Below, in pieces: positions 12,001 through 18,900 of a DNA stretch of 64,000 bases. This DNA is from a candidate division FCPU426 bacterium (lineage in GTDB: Bacteria > Oederibacteriota > JAAXVQ01 > JAUVAV01). The stretch spans positions 96,001-160,000 of the forward strand of contig JBFLYH010000003.1 in assembly GCA_040756875.1 (NCBI GenBank), in the 5' to 3' direction. Position 1 is the first letter of the stretch. Each line of letters opens with the position of its first letter. Under the pieces are notes generated by a model. It ran no database searches and was not told the origin of the DNA. It saw nothing but the letters and a program-made list of their open reading frames with translations. Both the position numbers and the translations under genes were made by a program.

Positions 12001-12422
12001 GCGCGGCCGGTTTTCACCAACTTAAGGATCGTCCCCTGGCTGGAGCGGAAATACTTCGTGCGCGAAATCAAGTCGCCGGCCGCATCGCGTTCCTCGACCG
12101 GCAATCCGTTTTCATACCGCGTGACTTTGCCGTCCTTGTCCTTGACTTCCTGCAGGCGTCCCTGACTGTCGTATTTCCTCGTCTCGCCGTCGGCAAGGAC
12201 CACGGTGACCACGGTTTGCCCTTCACCCAGGTCCATGACCTGGGTGCTCTTGATTTTTTTACCCATGTCGCGCAGCTGCTCGAGAATCGAACTCAGCAGC
12301 CGGTCGGACGCGGCTTGGGCAAAGGCCATGGGGCCCATCACCAGCCCAAAGACCAGCGCGCCTCCCAAGAGATAGCGCAGCATGCGCTTGGCGTCGAGTT
12401 GACTCGGATGATTGGAAGTCAT
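1..12422 (-). CDS. Giant secreted repeat protein (>4140 aa; 3' end beyond window): signal peptide, RHS/YD-like repeats, 54-aa repeat array
   Basis: ATG at 12422 with AGGAGG RBS. N-terminus MTSNHPSQLDAKRMLRYLLGGALVFGLVMGPMAFAQA is signal-peptide-like. The same frame still reads ...DANEDVTQFYDN at position 3. Absence from the ORF track implies no in-frame stop in the window, and the long + strand ORFs (171, 1866, 3102, 4341, 5187, 5931, 7227) all sit in its exact antisense frame. Confidence 0.92.
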   Translation of the reverse strand, partial: MTSNHPSQLDAKRMLRYLLGGALVFGLVMGPMAFAQAASDRLLSSILEQLRDMGKKIKSTQVMDLGEGQTVVTVVLADGETRKYDSQGRLQEVKDKDGKVTRYENGLPVEERDAAGDLISRTKYFRSSQGTILKLVKTGRAGTETKSFDPQGNIIQITNSQGTKFYSQYEKNHKGKTTSYVERELGTGKTFRVFLEPDTGSIKSKVDENGVRTDIQYERDARGDIVATTERDTRGHVKVKQFKDGQVVESVEDGVRIMHQNLVDDKGQLVRKTERKLLGGQGGHTVEDVTIKDFDESGRVVRQQDKTGDHTYTYAVDENGRVRSRFERTVKKEAGVEPEEKTTYYDEAGRITGVKEAGQDTKTSYVLDDKGNILASLETITISVGPQTFTQQVRKEHDRDGRVTAKTDDDGLRTEYTYDAKGNRIRSENEYELSLFAYDEQDNLISSLTIDHKSTTYTHFDIKTKLPDQKVKVKNSGIVEPTSYSLDGTGRRISQTLESFGVRTTTYRGGQSEQPEQVVFTKNNGLQTLSTYEYVGEHLLASKDTGPNGTSQTLYNAFGKPYHVLQEDKWGRVQETTHQYARGRMTLSLMVDRKGKTSTEYNKFEDPVRITRVNQIGFPRRSVEERTYTDGILSKSVSRDVKGKSITTYNAYELSETVHRINHHGFPRENWVSNVYNDSGELTKSFQRDNRGFTRNNYDGDGLMEDSERIDIYGFPKRKYTTYQYEAGELVTSMTDDQRGTSYNKFDEDGLMRESKRVKKYGFPRVENSTYDYDGNGYMTYSETRDINGFTQNYYNIDELVAVSYRENKYGHAREQWSINEYDDEGFMTVSKETDLKGATVTRFNRDSLATESLRLDHYGVVYGRNTVTFNEYDWEGFMTKARSKNLLTTMEKEFDRDALVQVQQQQDNYGVLDGRYKESHDFEYDNEGHLLSNITTDDLGTTTSDYDIHGDAVRSHREATIGLGASRQSYTQATYEKDTGMTTSRVSRSLYGTTTSLNFDPVTGLESRQVAENNFGLLATRLTDSQVDLDIRHGLTRQTIANNAYGRTLTHFDTESEGPYGVAVSSRSINNFGLGYTLDTATVIEADVHTGQNLRTKAQNKYGLTLTEYDALEGGRYGVATHSYTLNNFGLIATEETLTAIRANTFNGLNEVTVARNEYGTTVTRYESEETGVALTSDADNNFGLGKTLKTHTQITANIFNGLNRETLAKNDYGTTLTRYDEQISGVALTSDTDNNYGLGAGRQTHTAIKANRNNGLNQETVAVNEYGVTTTQYDDLKYGTAEESLAVNNFGLGATRENKTKITSNHYNGLSELTVARNAYGMTVTRYDHQKSGVAEESMAFNNFGLGATRQTRTVITASHDTGLNEKTVAVNEYGTTTSFYDDSYGVAVESWVENNFGLGATLQTHTAILANVYNGMNTVTTGANAYGTTVTYYDDREYGVSLHSDAANNFGIRASRKTGTDVDANVWNGLNRSTVAANDYGTTTTYYDDEVYGVSERSQAENVYGLGASRNTETNIQANTYNGLNQMTFARNAYCETTTSYDDVHSGVSLQSFALNYFGLGATRKTLTDIQANTYNGLNEQTYAVNDYGTTRTIYDSEEFGVATASYAQNNFGLGATLRSQTKITANLDNGLNDHTFASNEYGNTLTLFDNEDSGVAVQSLTLNNFGLMDTRFTHTQVAANHWNGLNRETFASNQYGQTLTRYDDAVYGVAQTSEAANNFGIGAARQTHTEISANTWNGLNRETLATSRYSTTKTEFEEQKTGVALNSVADNNFGLGATRHTETDIEANTYNGLNEWTLANSDYGWTYTDFDGDHYGVAEQTLALNNFGLKSTRLTATHINANIENGLNNTTLAENYYGQTYTVYDNENFGTARWSVADNNYGLLDTRHTYSSIQADTDTGLNRSTIAVNDYSRTVTEYDHAASGVAVASHAENNFGLGASQFTDTVVTANTWNGLNIQTDALNAYGRSLTLYDSASTGIAQQSFGWNNFGLGASRYSETAIEANDWNGLNIRTTARNAYSLTRTEYDEAETGKAEESVAENYFGLGSTRLTRTEINASRHNGLNISTRAENDYGTTWTFFDEQQSGVAEWSLAQNNFGLGASRLTFTDIDANTYSGLNTRTTAINAYGRTTTNYDDRDAGVATHSLAENNFGLYATRITQTSVTANVWNGLNRETSAVNDYGTTVTRYDDQFYGTAVNSDALNRYGLGATRNTHTEMVCNTWNGLNRSTTATNRYGETVTRYDEQRSGVSLESNAVNYFGLLTTRTTRTEIDASDWNGLNRETKAVNGYGTTWTYYDAASTGVAERSLAQNVYGIGASRLTETEITANLQTGLNTTTRAVNAYGTTVTQFDDDNYGVSVFSRSSNNFGLGAAKETDTTIVANTDTGLNQYTIGCNNYGTTLTQYDDEHYGTSETSLSWNNYGIEDARVTLTTIDANVATGLNRQTQAASRYSSVITNFDDTSTGVTRESWTTNNFGIVASRQTYTSVSANTWNGLNRETNAANAYGSTYTRYDDQRSGVSQYSLANNNFGIRASRSTYTTITANQENGLNRQTVASNAYGRTTTLYDDVTYGVTVRSMAENNYGLGAARRTQTYSEVNLKNGLNTRTFAVNDYGWTETFFESQNFGVPDWSRAHNNYGLGATRDNVSDITASAYSGLNIRSVAYTSYGTTITDFDSANYGTATTSVTSNHFGLAATRVTTTNIIGSPDTGLNIRTEAWSAYSFIRTDYDYLGYGTVTGSYTRNNFGFGAARETWTTRSVVNKFNGLNKETETLNAYGRTVTVFDDEDTGLALYNLTANNFGLGLTRNTRTVNNINPWNGLNQATLATNGYGTTITLYDDQNYGQAYESFAETHYGLLSTRITHTILDARKDNGLNNSSVAINDYSVTVTRFDGTNTGKATSSDTIQYWGLLAVRSTHTDINASDYTGQNVSTVATNQYGRTESYYKWWGSGSIDYSVADNNYGALGSRHTTTVFNVNENTGVNNYTVSTAHDKNNPNRVLSVTTTYYDPTYGINTYSVSDNKYGARLASLTTTVFTTNRWTGINYWTSATNGMSSTVTEYDTLCGNARGSVSDSYRGATFGRHVETIIDSSKTTGLNRATYSHSMLSDSWTTYDSNGFQDAAVTKMNEGITLNYAVWTLNDYTMDSWTGLMAASTAVNNLSTTYSTYDQNGFINQSWNYSLYGIVYMTYTTYTPDLQTGFNASSVATAYSAINSNYALSSTTTYYDGHGMAWQAVNHSFSGPLAGRIKTTTMTNDIETGVKTYSYTTCDLSNSQTWSNAKGVDLKTISNSYIGPYNGRTTTDWTVNYSENTGIRTESYSESGLNQTHAWFNEHGVPRAGVYQEKRSFYGAAEGAYYETTEVADSGAEDLHWSGNPKKTITRTAISVSENYNDANGFTTGSWTGNLYGALGDALTYTSYNVNPHTGLNSSSWQYKYSSPGVRYGSAQTYSAYEPQFGVATYMQAWNRKGDVTTTTTGFNPYTGMTNYSRTTGKNDYVHTGGSYDAHGRKGSSSTSQTVGSGKKKSTDTYYSSYSYNNWTGLLKKEVRWGSQNKTVFYDIHGVENSSYGDSSWYPSGQVREVTHYYGNDNYGDPTTAAVSYSGAGYGQTMTIIQHDITRDENQDRLTTMPRWAEVVYDYGNYVTNATVIYNLTDNGPISATITDNQGSEVWTINGGYEQSSIQVRSRVNKDGSTFTWVYTDTPTGPFHTSADISYTLYMGLHNGVGMETYTTTGILTHQVLNNTETWDEDITFQNDGTYVTTASGQREDGVTTTYSYTGMNEIAASADDKGVTTWDVPTQRRTSTTGGLGTFTYTYSGAALVGIQGETAAGGQVKMDQYWNVQEWTDSQGVVHRYTATTKNKVYVTSGTETFTDKNGTVWNGTIQYASKGFYFAGETLVAQNAKADAPTADGLVSMDKNAAANLIRTLIAEHNPEKETYTWKAPGETASPKTLAEYKLAKFSTGDVTGYADVVVTVQADGTAVAEYRNIRYTEAQFTKRNRYRPASSSRSYTVVSDTQPTVGDYRDMSKYNNVFYTGDVGKVTKVTGSEQVEVGRQQTTVYVEVVQQDDPATPENEYREVIHDQQAYDTTGKALYTPRTTETILYSTKWTVSEESWYKVSDGWMWTDANEDVTQFYDN
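3523..9400 (-). repeat. Tandem 54-aa (162-nt) coding repeat, consensus ~IxANxWNGLNxxTxAxNxYGxTxTxYDxxxxGVAxxSxAxNNFGLGATRxTxT
   Basis: NNFG/NNYG motif codons at 3523, 8869 and 9031 are separated by exact multiples of 162 nt (35 motif positions). Two 171-nt units follow (9202, 9373), and degenerate copies continue to ~3100. Confidence 0.9.
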
Positions 12423-12497
12423 ACTCGCTCCCTCCTCGATAACCCGGAAATTTACAAAAACGCAAATAAATGCGCGAATTTATTATCTTTCGACTGA

Positions 12498-12526
12498 AGT
12501 ATATCATAGGAAAAATGCCATTGCAA
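12498..12526 (-). promoter_or_regulatory. sigma70-type promoter of the giant gene
   Basis: TTGCAA (12526-12521) - 17 nt - TATACT (12503-12498), with extended -10 TG, ~75 nt upstream of the ATG. Confidence 0.65.
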
Positions 12527-12683
12527 ATCGGCGGATTAATTAAAACCCTTTAAAATGAAGGGTTTTCGTGGAACGCAGCCAAATTGACGCCACTTGTAAA
12601 AAACCGGGAATTCATCGGAAGAAATAATCCAAAAAAATGTTAGTTTCTTCGGAATCCCGGACTGACGGATGAAAAAAGGCGGG

Positions 12684-13238
12684 TTATTTGGACTTTTTTG
12701 GGGAACCGGAGGAATTGAATTGCACCAAAGACACTGCAAAGGCAGCCAGGCCTTCTTGGCGGCCCACAAACCCCAACCCCTCATTGGTCGTGGCTTTAAC
12801 CGCAACCTGGTCCGGGAGAATCCCCAGGGCTTTGGCCATACGTCGCCGCATGAGTGCAACCTTGCCGGCGATCTTGGGTGCCTCGGCCACCAGCGAGCAG
12901 TCCAGGTTGACGACACTCACGCCCCGCGCGCGCAATATCCCGCCGACCTGGCGGAGAAAATCCAGCGAATTGCGCCGGCGGTGGCGGGGGTCGGTGTTCG
13001 GAAACCAGGTGCCGATATCGGCAAAGCCCGAGGCGCCCAGCAGCGCGTCGCACGCCGCATGCAGCAGCACATCCGCGTCCGAGTGCCCTTCCAGGGAAAA
13101 ACCCGCGTTTGGAAACGCCACGCCGCCGAGCTTAAGGTCGCGGCCCGGCCGGGTCCGGTGCACGTCGTAGCCGAAGCCCACGCGGAACGCGGGCGCGGTC
13201 AGGGTTTGCAGTTTACTTTTTTGACGCCGATCCACCAT
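12684..13238 (-). CDS. ispF: 2-C-methyl-D-erythritol 2,4-cyclodiphosphate synthase
   Basis: RVGFGYDVH, GHSDADVLLHA, DIGTWFP and KATTNEGLGFVGR motifs; follows ispD with a 40-nt overlap. Confidence 0.95.
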   Translation of the reverse strand: MVDRRQKSKLQTLTAPAFRVGFGYDVHRTRPGRDLKLGGVAFPNAGFSLEGHSDADVLLHAACDALLGASGFADIGTWFPNTDPRHRRRNSLDFLRQVGGILRARGVSVVNLDCSLVAEAPKIAGKVALMRRRMAKALGILPDQVAVKATTNEGLGFVGRQEGLAAFAVSLVQFNSSGSPKKSK

Positions 13239-13906
13239 TCCGCCAACTCCAGGTCATGGGACCTTGTGATTTTAAAATTGATCGCTTCCCCCTCGACCAC
13301 GGACACGGGCTGCCCCGCCAATTCCACCAGTCCGGCGTCGTCGGTCGCGGCCAGGTTGTCCTTCCAGGCGTGCTGGTAAGCCTGGCGCAGCACGGCGCTT
13401 TGGAACCCCTGCGGCGTCTGCACGGCCACGAGGTTGCGCCGGTCCACCGTGCCTTCAATGCGCCCCTCGGCGCTCACGCGTTTGAGCGTATCCACGACCG
13501 GAAGCCCGGGCACGGACGCGCCGGTCCGCGCGGCGGCTTCGGCCACGCGGCGGATGAGCGCCGCGCTGGCGAACGGCCGGGCGGCGTCGTGAACCAGCAC
13601 CAACTCCGCGTCGCCGGACAGGGCGTCCATGCCGTTGCGCACGGAATCCTGGCGCCTGGGGCCCGCGTCCGCGATCTCGCGCACCTTGCCGTTGTCCGGA
13701 AGCTGCCTGACTTCCTTCCACGCCCGCTCCGCCTGGCCGGCCGGGACCACCAGGATCACGCCCGAAACTTCAGGCAGGCCGGCGAACGTCCTGAGGCTGT
13801 ACATATAGAGCGGCAGGCCTGCCAGGGCAAGAAACGCCTTGGGCTGCGGTTGTTGCATTCGCCGACCCTGCCCGCCGGCCACCAGGATCACTTCCCATTT
13901 CGCCAT
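13199..13906 (-). CDS. ispD: 2-C-methyl-D-erythritol 4-phosphate cytidylyltransferase
   Basis: AGGQGRRM, RQDSVRNG, LVHDAARP, QTPQGF, TDDA and NFKIT motifs. Confidence 0.95.
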   Translation of the reverse strand: MAKWEVILVAGGQGRRMQQPQPKAFLALAGLPLYMYSLRTFAGLPEVSGVILVVPAGQAERAWKEVRQLPDNGKVREIADAGPRRQDSVRNGMDALSGDAELVLVHDAARPFASAALIRRVAEAAARTGASVPGLPVVDTLKRVSAEGRIEGTVDRRNLVAVQTPQGFQSAVLRQAYQHAWKDNLAATDDAGLVELAGQPVSVVEGEAINFKITRSHDLELAEWWIGVKKVNCKP

Positions 13907-13926
13907 CGCAATGGCTCCTTCGCATT

Positions 13927-15297
13927 TCAGCCGCGGACCGCGGCCAGGGCTTCGGCCAGCGTGGCCACGCCCACGATATCCATACCCGGCGGCGTTTTCA
14001 GATCCGCAAGGTTCGGGCCGGGCACCAGGCAGCGCTGGAACCCCAGCTGCTGCGCCTCCCGGCAGCGCCGCTCGGCCTGGGACACGGCGCGAATGTCCCC
14101 GCCCAGGCTCACCTCGCCCATGACCGCCAGGGACGGTGGCAGCGGCTGGTCCTTGAGGCTCGACGCCACGGCCAGGGCCACGGCCAGATCCACGGCCGGC
14201 TCGGTGACCGAGAGGCCGCCGGCCACGGACAGAAAGACATCCTGGCCGCCGACCGAAATCCCGGCGCGCCGTTCCAGCACGGCCAAAAGCAGGCAGCAGC
14301 GGTTGTAATCCAGGCCCGAAACCCGGCGCTGCGGCATGCCGAAATACGCGGTCGCGGTCAGGGCTTGGATTTCCACCAAGAGCGGCCGGGTGCCTTCCAG
14401 GCTCACGGCCACGGCCGAACCCGCGGCGCCCGGATGGCGCTCCTTGAGCAGCCAGCGGGAGGGATCAGGCACGGCCTGGAGGCCGCTGGCCGTCATCTCG
14501 AACAAGCCGACTTCATTGGTGGAGCCAAAACGGTTCTTCACGGTCCGCAGCACGCGGTACCCCTGCTGGCGGTCGCCCTCGAAATACAGCACCGTATCCA
14601 CCAGGTGCTCCAGCACCCGCGGCCCGGCCAGCACGCCTTCCTTGGTCACGTGCCCGACCAGGAGGATGGCCGGCCCGTCGGCCTTGGCGCAGGCCAGCAG
14701 GGCCTGGCCGCATTCGCGGATTTGGCTCACGGACCCGGGCACTGCGCCCTGATCCGGATGGGTCAGGGTTTGAATGGAATCCACGACCACCACGGCCGGC
14801 CGCTGGGCCGCGATGGCGCCCAGGATCTCGTCCACCCGGGTTTCGCACAGAAGCCAGAGCGAATCCGGCGCCGAACCCAGCCGTCCGGCCCTCAGGCTGA
14901 TCTGGCCGGCTGATTCCTCGCCGCTCACGTACAGCACCGGCAGGCCGCTTTGGGCCAGGCTGAAAACCGCCTGGAGCAACAAAGTGGATTTGCCGATGCC
15001 CGGATCGCCGCCGATGAGGACCAAGGACCCCGGCACCAGCCCGCCGCCCAGCACCCGGTCGAATTCCTCGAGACCGGTCCGCAGGCGGCCGGTTTCCTGT
15101 CGCGACACCTCGTTCAAGCGCAGGGGCGGGCGGCTGGGTGCCGGCACGGCTGCGCTGGACGGCCGCGCGGCCTGGCGCTCCTCGGCGAACGAGTTCCACG
15201 CGCCGCAGGCCGGGCAGCGCCCCAGCCATTTGGGCGAAGGCTGCCCGCACGCCTGGCACACGAACTGGAGCTTGGCCTTGGCCTGCCGTGCGCTCAT
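13927..15297 (-). CDS. radA: DNA repair protein RadA/Sms
   Basis: C4 zinc finger CQACG...CPACG, Walker A GDPGIGKST, KNRFG motif; ATG at 15297 overlaps the mlaD stop (ATGA). Confidence 0.97.
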   Translation of the reverse strand: MSARQAKAKLQFVCQACGQPSPKWLGRCPACGAWNSFAEERQAARPSSAAVPAPSRPPLRLNEVSRQETGRLRTGLEEFDRVLGGGLVPGSLVLIGGDPGIGKSTLLLQAVFSLAQSGLPVLYVSGEESAGQISLRAGRLGSAPDSLWLLCETRVDEILGAIAAQRPAVVVVDSIQTLTHPDQGAVPGSVSQIRECGQALLACAKADGPAILLVGHVTKEGVLAGPRVLEHLVDTVLYFEGDRQQGYRVLRTVKNRFGSTNEVGLFEMTASGLQAVPDPSRWLLKERHPGAAGSAVAVSLEGTRPLLVEIQALTATAYFGMPQRRVSGLDYNRCCLLLAVLERRAGISVGGQDVFLSVAGGLSVTEPAVDLAVALAVASSLKDQPLPPSLAVMGEVSLGGDIRAVSQAERRCREAQQLGFQRCLVPGPNLADLKTPPGMDIVGVATLAEALAAVRG

Positions 15298-16160
15298 TGC
15301 TTCCACAGCAGTTTCCAGGGATTCTCCCGCAACTCCCGCACCAGGGCCTTCAAATTGTTGGCCATGTCCTTGTCGTTGAACAGCGCGCCCAGGGGCGTAT
15401 CGGTCTTTTCCATATTGGAGACCTGCGCGTCCAGGCGGCTGCTCAGGGACCGCAGCTTGTCCAGCGTCACTTCGATGTTTTTGCGGTTGTCTTCGGACAG
15501 CAGTTTTTCCAGTTCGCTGGTCACGTTCTCCATTTCCGCGGTCAGGCGGTTCACGGATTTCGCGGCCACGGTGAAATCGCCGACCGAACGGTTGATGTTC
15601 CGTTCGTTCACCTCGACCAGGCGGTCCAGACGCTTGGACAGGCTGCTGAAATTTTTCATCATGTCGCCGAACGAGGTTTTCAGCTCTGGATCGCCCAGGA
15701 GCATCTTGATCGAGTCCGCCACCTGGCCCAGGCGCTGAAAAGCCTTGTCAATATTGGTCGGTTCGACACCTTCGATCCGCGCGTTTTCCTCGATGTATTC
15801 GCCCGTGTCCTCCGCGGTCACGACGTTGAGGTACTTGTCGCCCATGAGCCCCTTGGAGAGGATTTGGAACCTGGCGCTGGTGGGGATCTTGACGTTGTGG
15901 TTGACCATGACCTTCAGCTGGATCCGCTCGCCCTGCACGTCGATGGCCTCCACGCTGCCGATCTTGACGCCGCCGCCGATCACCACGTCGGCCTGCGGTT
16001 TGATCGCGTCCACGAACTGGAAGGAGACGTAGATCGGATAGCCGGCCTTGCCGAAGCGGACTTTCTCGACCGTGAAAATGATGACCGCGAGCATGATCAG
16101 GGCGACCGCGGCTGTAATGCCGACCTTGAGCTCGAGGGCGGTGGTTTTTCTTTGCGGCAT
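15294..16160 (-). CDS. mlaD: MlaD/MCE-family lipid-binding subunit with helical C-terminal extension
   Basis: N-terminal TM (ELKVGITAAVALIML), MCE motifs GVKIGSV and GLMGDKYL; adjacent to mlaEF. Confidence 0.85.
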   Translation of the reverse strand: MPQRKTTALELKVGITAAVALIMLAVIIFTVEKVRFGKAGYPIYVSFQFVDAIKPQADVVIGGGVKIGSVEAIDVQGERIQLKVMVNHNVKIPTSARFQILSKGLMGDKYLNVVTAEDTGEYIEENARIEGVEPTNIDKAFQRLGQVADSIKMLLGDPELKTSFGDMMKNFSSLSKRLDRLVEVNERNINRSVGDFTVAAKSVNRLTAEMENVTSELEKLLSEDNRKNIEVTLDKLRSLSSRLDAQVSNMEKTDTPLGALFNDKDMANNLKALVRELRENPWKLLWKQ

Positions 16161-16170
16161 GGGAGTCCTC

Positions 16171-16950
16171 CTAGACCAACCGGATCGGGCCTTGGGCCGA
16201 ACCGGTGATGAATTGATGGATGAGGGGATTTTTGGACCGCCGGATCTGATCCGGCGTGCCCACGCCCACGATGCGCCCCTCGTGCAGCATCGCGATGCGG
16301 TCGGCGATTTTGTAGGCGCTGACCATGTCGTGCGTCACCACCAGGGACGTGACCGAGAGTTTCCGCTTCATCTCGATGATGAGGTCGTTGATGGCGTCCG
16401 CGGTGATGGGGTCCACGCCCGTGGTCGGCTCGTCGTAGAGGATGACCTCCGGGCTCATGGCCACGGCCCGCGCCAGGGCCACGCGCTTCTTCATGCCGCC
16501 CGAAAGCTCGGAGGGAAACTGCTCCTCGATGTTCTTCAGGCCCACCAGGGCGAGACGGTCGCGCACGATGTGCTTGATCTCCGCCTCGGACAGGGTCTTC
16601 ATGCGCCGCAACCCGAAGCTGACGTTGTCCTCCACGGACAGGGAGTCGAACAGGGCCGCGCCCTGAAAGAGCATGCCGAAGTGCTTGCGGAACTCCGCCT
16701 GCTCCGCAGGCGTGGCCGAGGTGATGTCGTGCTCCTCGTAGAACACCCGGCCGTCGTCCGGCTCGAGCAGGTTGAGGATGCACTTCAGGAGCACGCTCTT
16801 CCCGCCGCCCGAACGGCCAATGATCACCATGGTCTCGCCCTTGCGGATCTCCAGGTCGGCGCCGCGCAGGACATAGTTGCCGCCGAAGCGCTTGTGAAGA
16901 CCATCAATCCGGAGCAAGATCCGGTCGCGGGCGGATTCAGAAGATCGCAT
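16171..16950 (-). CDS. mlaF: MlaF-type ABC ATPase
   Basis: GRSGGGKS, GMLFQGAALFDSL, LSGGMKKRVALARA, YDEPTTG and VTHD motifs. Confidence 0.92.
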   Translation of the reverse strand: MRSSESARDRILLRIDGLHKRFGGNYVLRGADLEIRKGETMVIIGRSGGGKSVLLKCILNLLEPDDGRVFYEEHDITSATPAEQAEFRKHFGMLFQGAALFDSLSVEDNVSFGLRRMKTLSEAEIKHIVRDRLALVGLKNIEEQFPSELSGGMKKRVALARAVAMSPEVILYDEPTTGVDPITADAINDLIIEMKRKLSVTSLVVTHDMVSAYKIADRIAMLHEGRIVGVGTPDQIRRSKNPLIHQFITGSAQGPIRLV

Positions 16951-17764
16951 AGAGCTGGGTCAGGAAATAATCAGCGATCAGGATGGTGATCGAGGCGTTC
17001 ACCACCGCGCCGGTGGTCGCGCGCCCCACGCCCACGGCCCCGCCCTGGGTGTTGAATCCGCGGTAGAGCGCGAACAGGGCGAGGATGACGGCGAAGAAGA
17101 AACTCTTGGAAAGCCCTGAAAACACGTCGGAAAATTCAACCGTGCTGCGGGCGCCCTCCCAATAGACCGTGGAACTCAGCCCCAGGTGATATGAAGCCAC
17201 CAGCCAGCCGCCCATGGAGCCGAACACGTCCGCGAGGATCGTGAGCAGCGGGATCATGCACAACACGGCCACAAAGCGGGGCACGCCGATGTATTCCACC
17301 GGGTTGGCCGCCAGGGTCCTCAGGGCGTCGATCTGCTCCGTGATCTTCATGGAACCGATCTCGGCGGCCATGGCCGATCCCACGCGGCCCGTGACCAGGA
17401 TCGCGGTCAGGACCGGCCCCAGCTCGCGGATGAGGGAGAGGTTGACGATGTTGCCGATGAACACCGACGTGCCCTGGATCTTGGATTCCAGGGTGACGCC
17501 CGTCTGCAGGGCCAGCACCATGCCCGTGAACAACGCCGTGGTCAGGACCACGGGAATGGAGTCCACCCCCACCCGCACCATTTGTTCGAGCAGGGGCTGG
17601 TAGTAAAACCGCCTGAGCTTGCGCGGGTGCGAAAACAAGTTGAAGGTGGCGGCCAGAAGTTCACCCAGGAGGATGAAAAGCTGCCCGATCTCCTGGACGA
17701 CGGTGATGACGGGTTGGGAAAAGCGCTCGGAGAATTTCCAAACCCACAACAGGTTCCGGTTCAT
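16937..17764 (-). CDS. mlaE: MlaE-type ABC permease
   Basis: RELGPVLTAILVTGRVGSAMAAEIGSMKITEQIDAL signature. Real start MNRNLL at 17764 overlaps the alr stop; the ORF-track 5' extension lies inside alr. Confidence 0.92.
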   Translation of the reverse strand: MNRNLLWVWKFSERFSQPVITVVQEIGQLFILLGELLAATFNLFSHPRKLRRFYYQPLLEQMVRVGVDSIPVVLTTALFTGMVLALQTGVTLESKIQGTSVFIGNIVNLSLIRELGPVLTAILVTGRVGSAMAAEIGSMKITEQIDALRTLAANPVEYIGVPRFVAVLCMIPLLTILADVFGSMGGWLVASYHLGLSSTVYWEGARSTVEFSDVFSGLSKSFFFAVILALFALYRGFNTQGGAVGVGRATTGAVVNASITILIADYFLTQLYAIF

Positions 17765-18900
17765 ACCCGGCCTCCTTGAAAACGCCGCGGCACGCGGCTG
17801 CCGATCGTGCTCACGACCTCGTAGGAAATGGTCTTCAGGGTCCCGGCCATGCGTTCGGCGCCGAGCGTTTGCCGGCCCTGCCGGCCGATCAAGACCGCTT
17901 CTTCGCCGGCCTGCACCTCTCCCAGACCGGTGACGTCCGCCAGGCACATGTCCATGCACACGCGGCCCACCACCGGGCATTCCCGGCCGCGCACCAGCAC
18001 GGTCCCCCGGTTGGAGAGGCCGCGCGAGTATCCGTCCGCGTAACCCACGGGCAGGGTGGCGATGCGCGAGGGCCGGCGCGTGGTGAAAGTGTGGCCGTAG
18101 GAGAGCCCGGTGCCGGCCGGGACCTGCTTCACCTGGATGATCCGCGTGCGCCAGCTCAACACGGGCCGCAAGGCCGCCCGGCGGCGCAGGCGCGGCGCCG
18201 GATAGAGTCCGTACAGCATGAGCCCGGGCCGGACCATGTCCGCGTGCGCTTCGGGCGTCTCCATGACTGCGGCCGAATTGGCCATGTGCACCGCGAAGCC
18301 GCGGCCGCCCGCTTCCCGGGCTGCTTGGGCCGCGTCGCACTGCAACTTGATTTGCCGGCGCAGGAGGGTGCGGTCGCCTCCGTCCGCGTTGGCGAAATGG
18401 GTGAAGACGCCGGCCAGCGAAAGTCCGGGCTGGGTTAGCAGCCAGCGGACGAACGAGCCGGTTTCCTCCGGATGGATGCCGATCCGGCCCATGCCTGTGT
18501 CCACTTTAACGTGCACGCCCAGCCGCCGGCCCCGGCGCCGGGCCGCCTGGGCCAGGGCCCGCACCTGCACGGCCGAGACGACCGTCGGCGCCAGCCCGAG
18601 GCGCGCGACCTCGGCCGCCTCCTGGGGCTGGACCAGCCCGAACACCACCAGGGGCTTGCGGATTCCGGCCTCCCGCAGTTCTCGGCCCTCCTCCACCGTG
18701 GCCACGCCCAGCTGGTCCACTCCCGCGGCCGCGAGCACACGGGAGCAGGCCACGGCGCCGTGGCCGTAGGCATTGGCCTTGACCACGGCCAGGATGCGGG
18801 TCGTCCGGCCCACGAGTTTCCGGACCTGTCCGAAGTTCCAGCGCAGGGCCGCAAGATCGATCTCCGCCCAGGTGGGGCGGCCGGCGGGGAGGGCGCCCAT
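17761..18900 (-). CDS. alr: Alanine racemase
   Basis: AVVKANAYGHG (PLP lysine), HVKVDTGMGRIG, GYADG and GRVCMD motifs. Confidence 0.97.
   Translation of the reverse strand: MGALPAGRPTWAEIDLAALRWNFGQVRKLVGRTTRILAVVKANAYGHGAVACSRVLAAAGVDQLGVATVEEGRELREAGIRKPLVVFGLVQPQEAAEVARLGLAPTVVSAVQVRALAQAARRRGRRLGVHVKVDTGMGRIGIHPEETGSFVRWLLTQPGLSLAGVFTHFANADGGDRTLLRRQIKLQCDAAQAAREAGGRGFAVHMANSAAVMETPEAHADMVRPGLMLYGLYPAPRLRRRAALRPVLSWRTRIIQVKQVPAGTGLSYGHTFTTRRPSRIATLPVGYADGYSRGLSNRGTVLVRGRECPVVGRVCMDMCLADVTGLGEVQAGEEAVLIGRQGRQTLGAERMAGTLKTISYEVVSTIGSRVPRRFQGGRV

Noticed and set aside
171-12497. Long + strand ORFs (556, 305, 330, 393, 1756 aa etc.)
   Set aside because: All lie in the exact antisense frame of the giant minus-strand gene and have V/G/A/R-biased shadow composition with no recognisable motifs.
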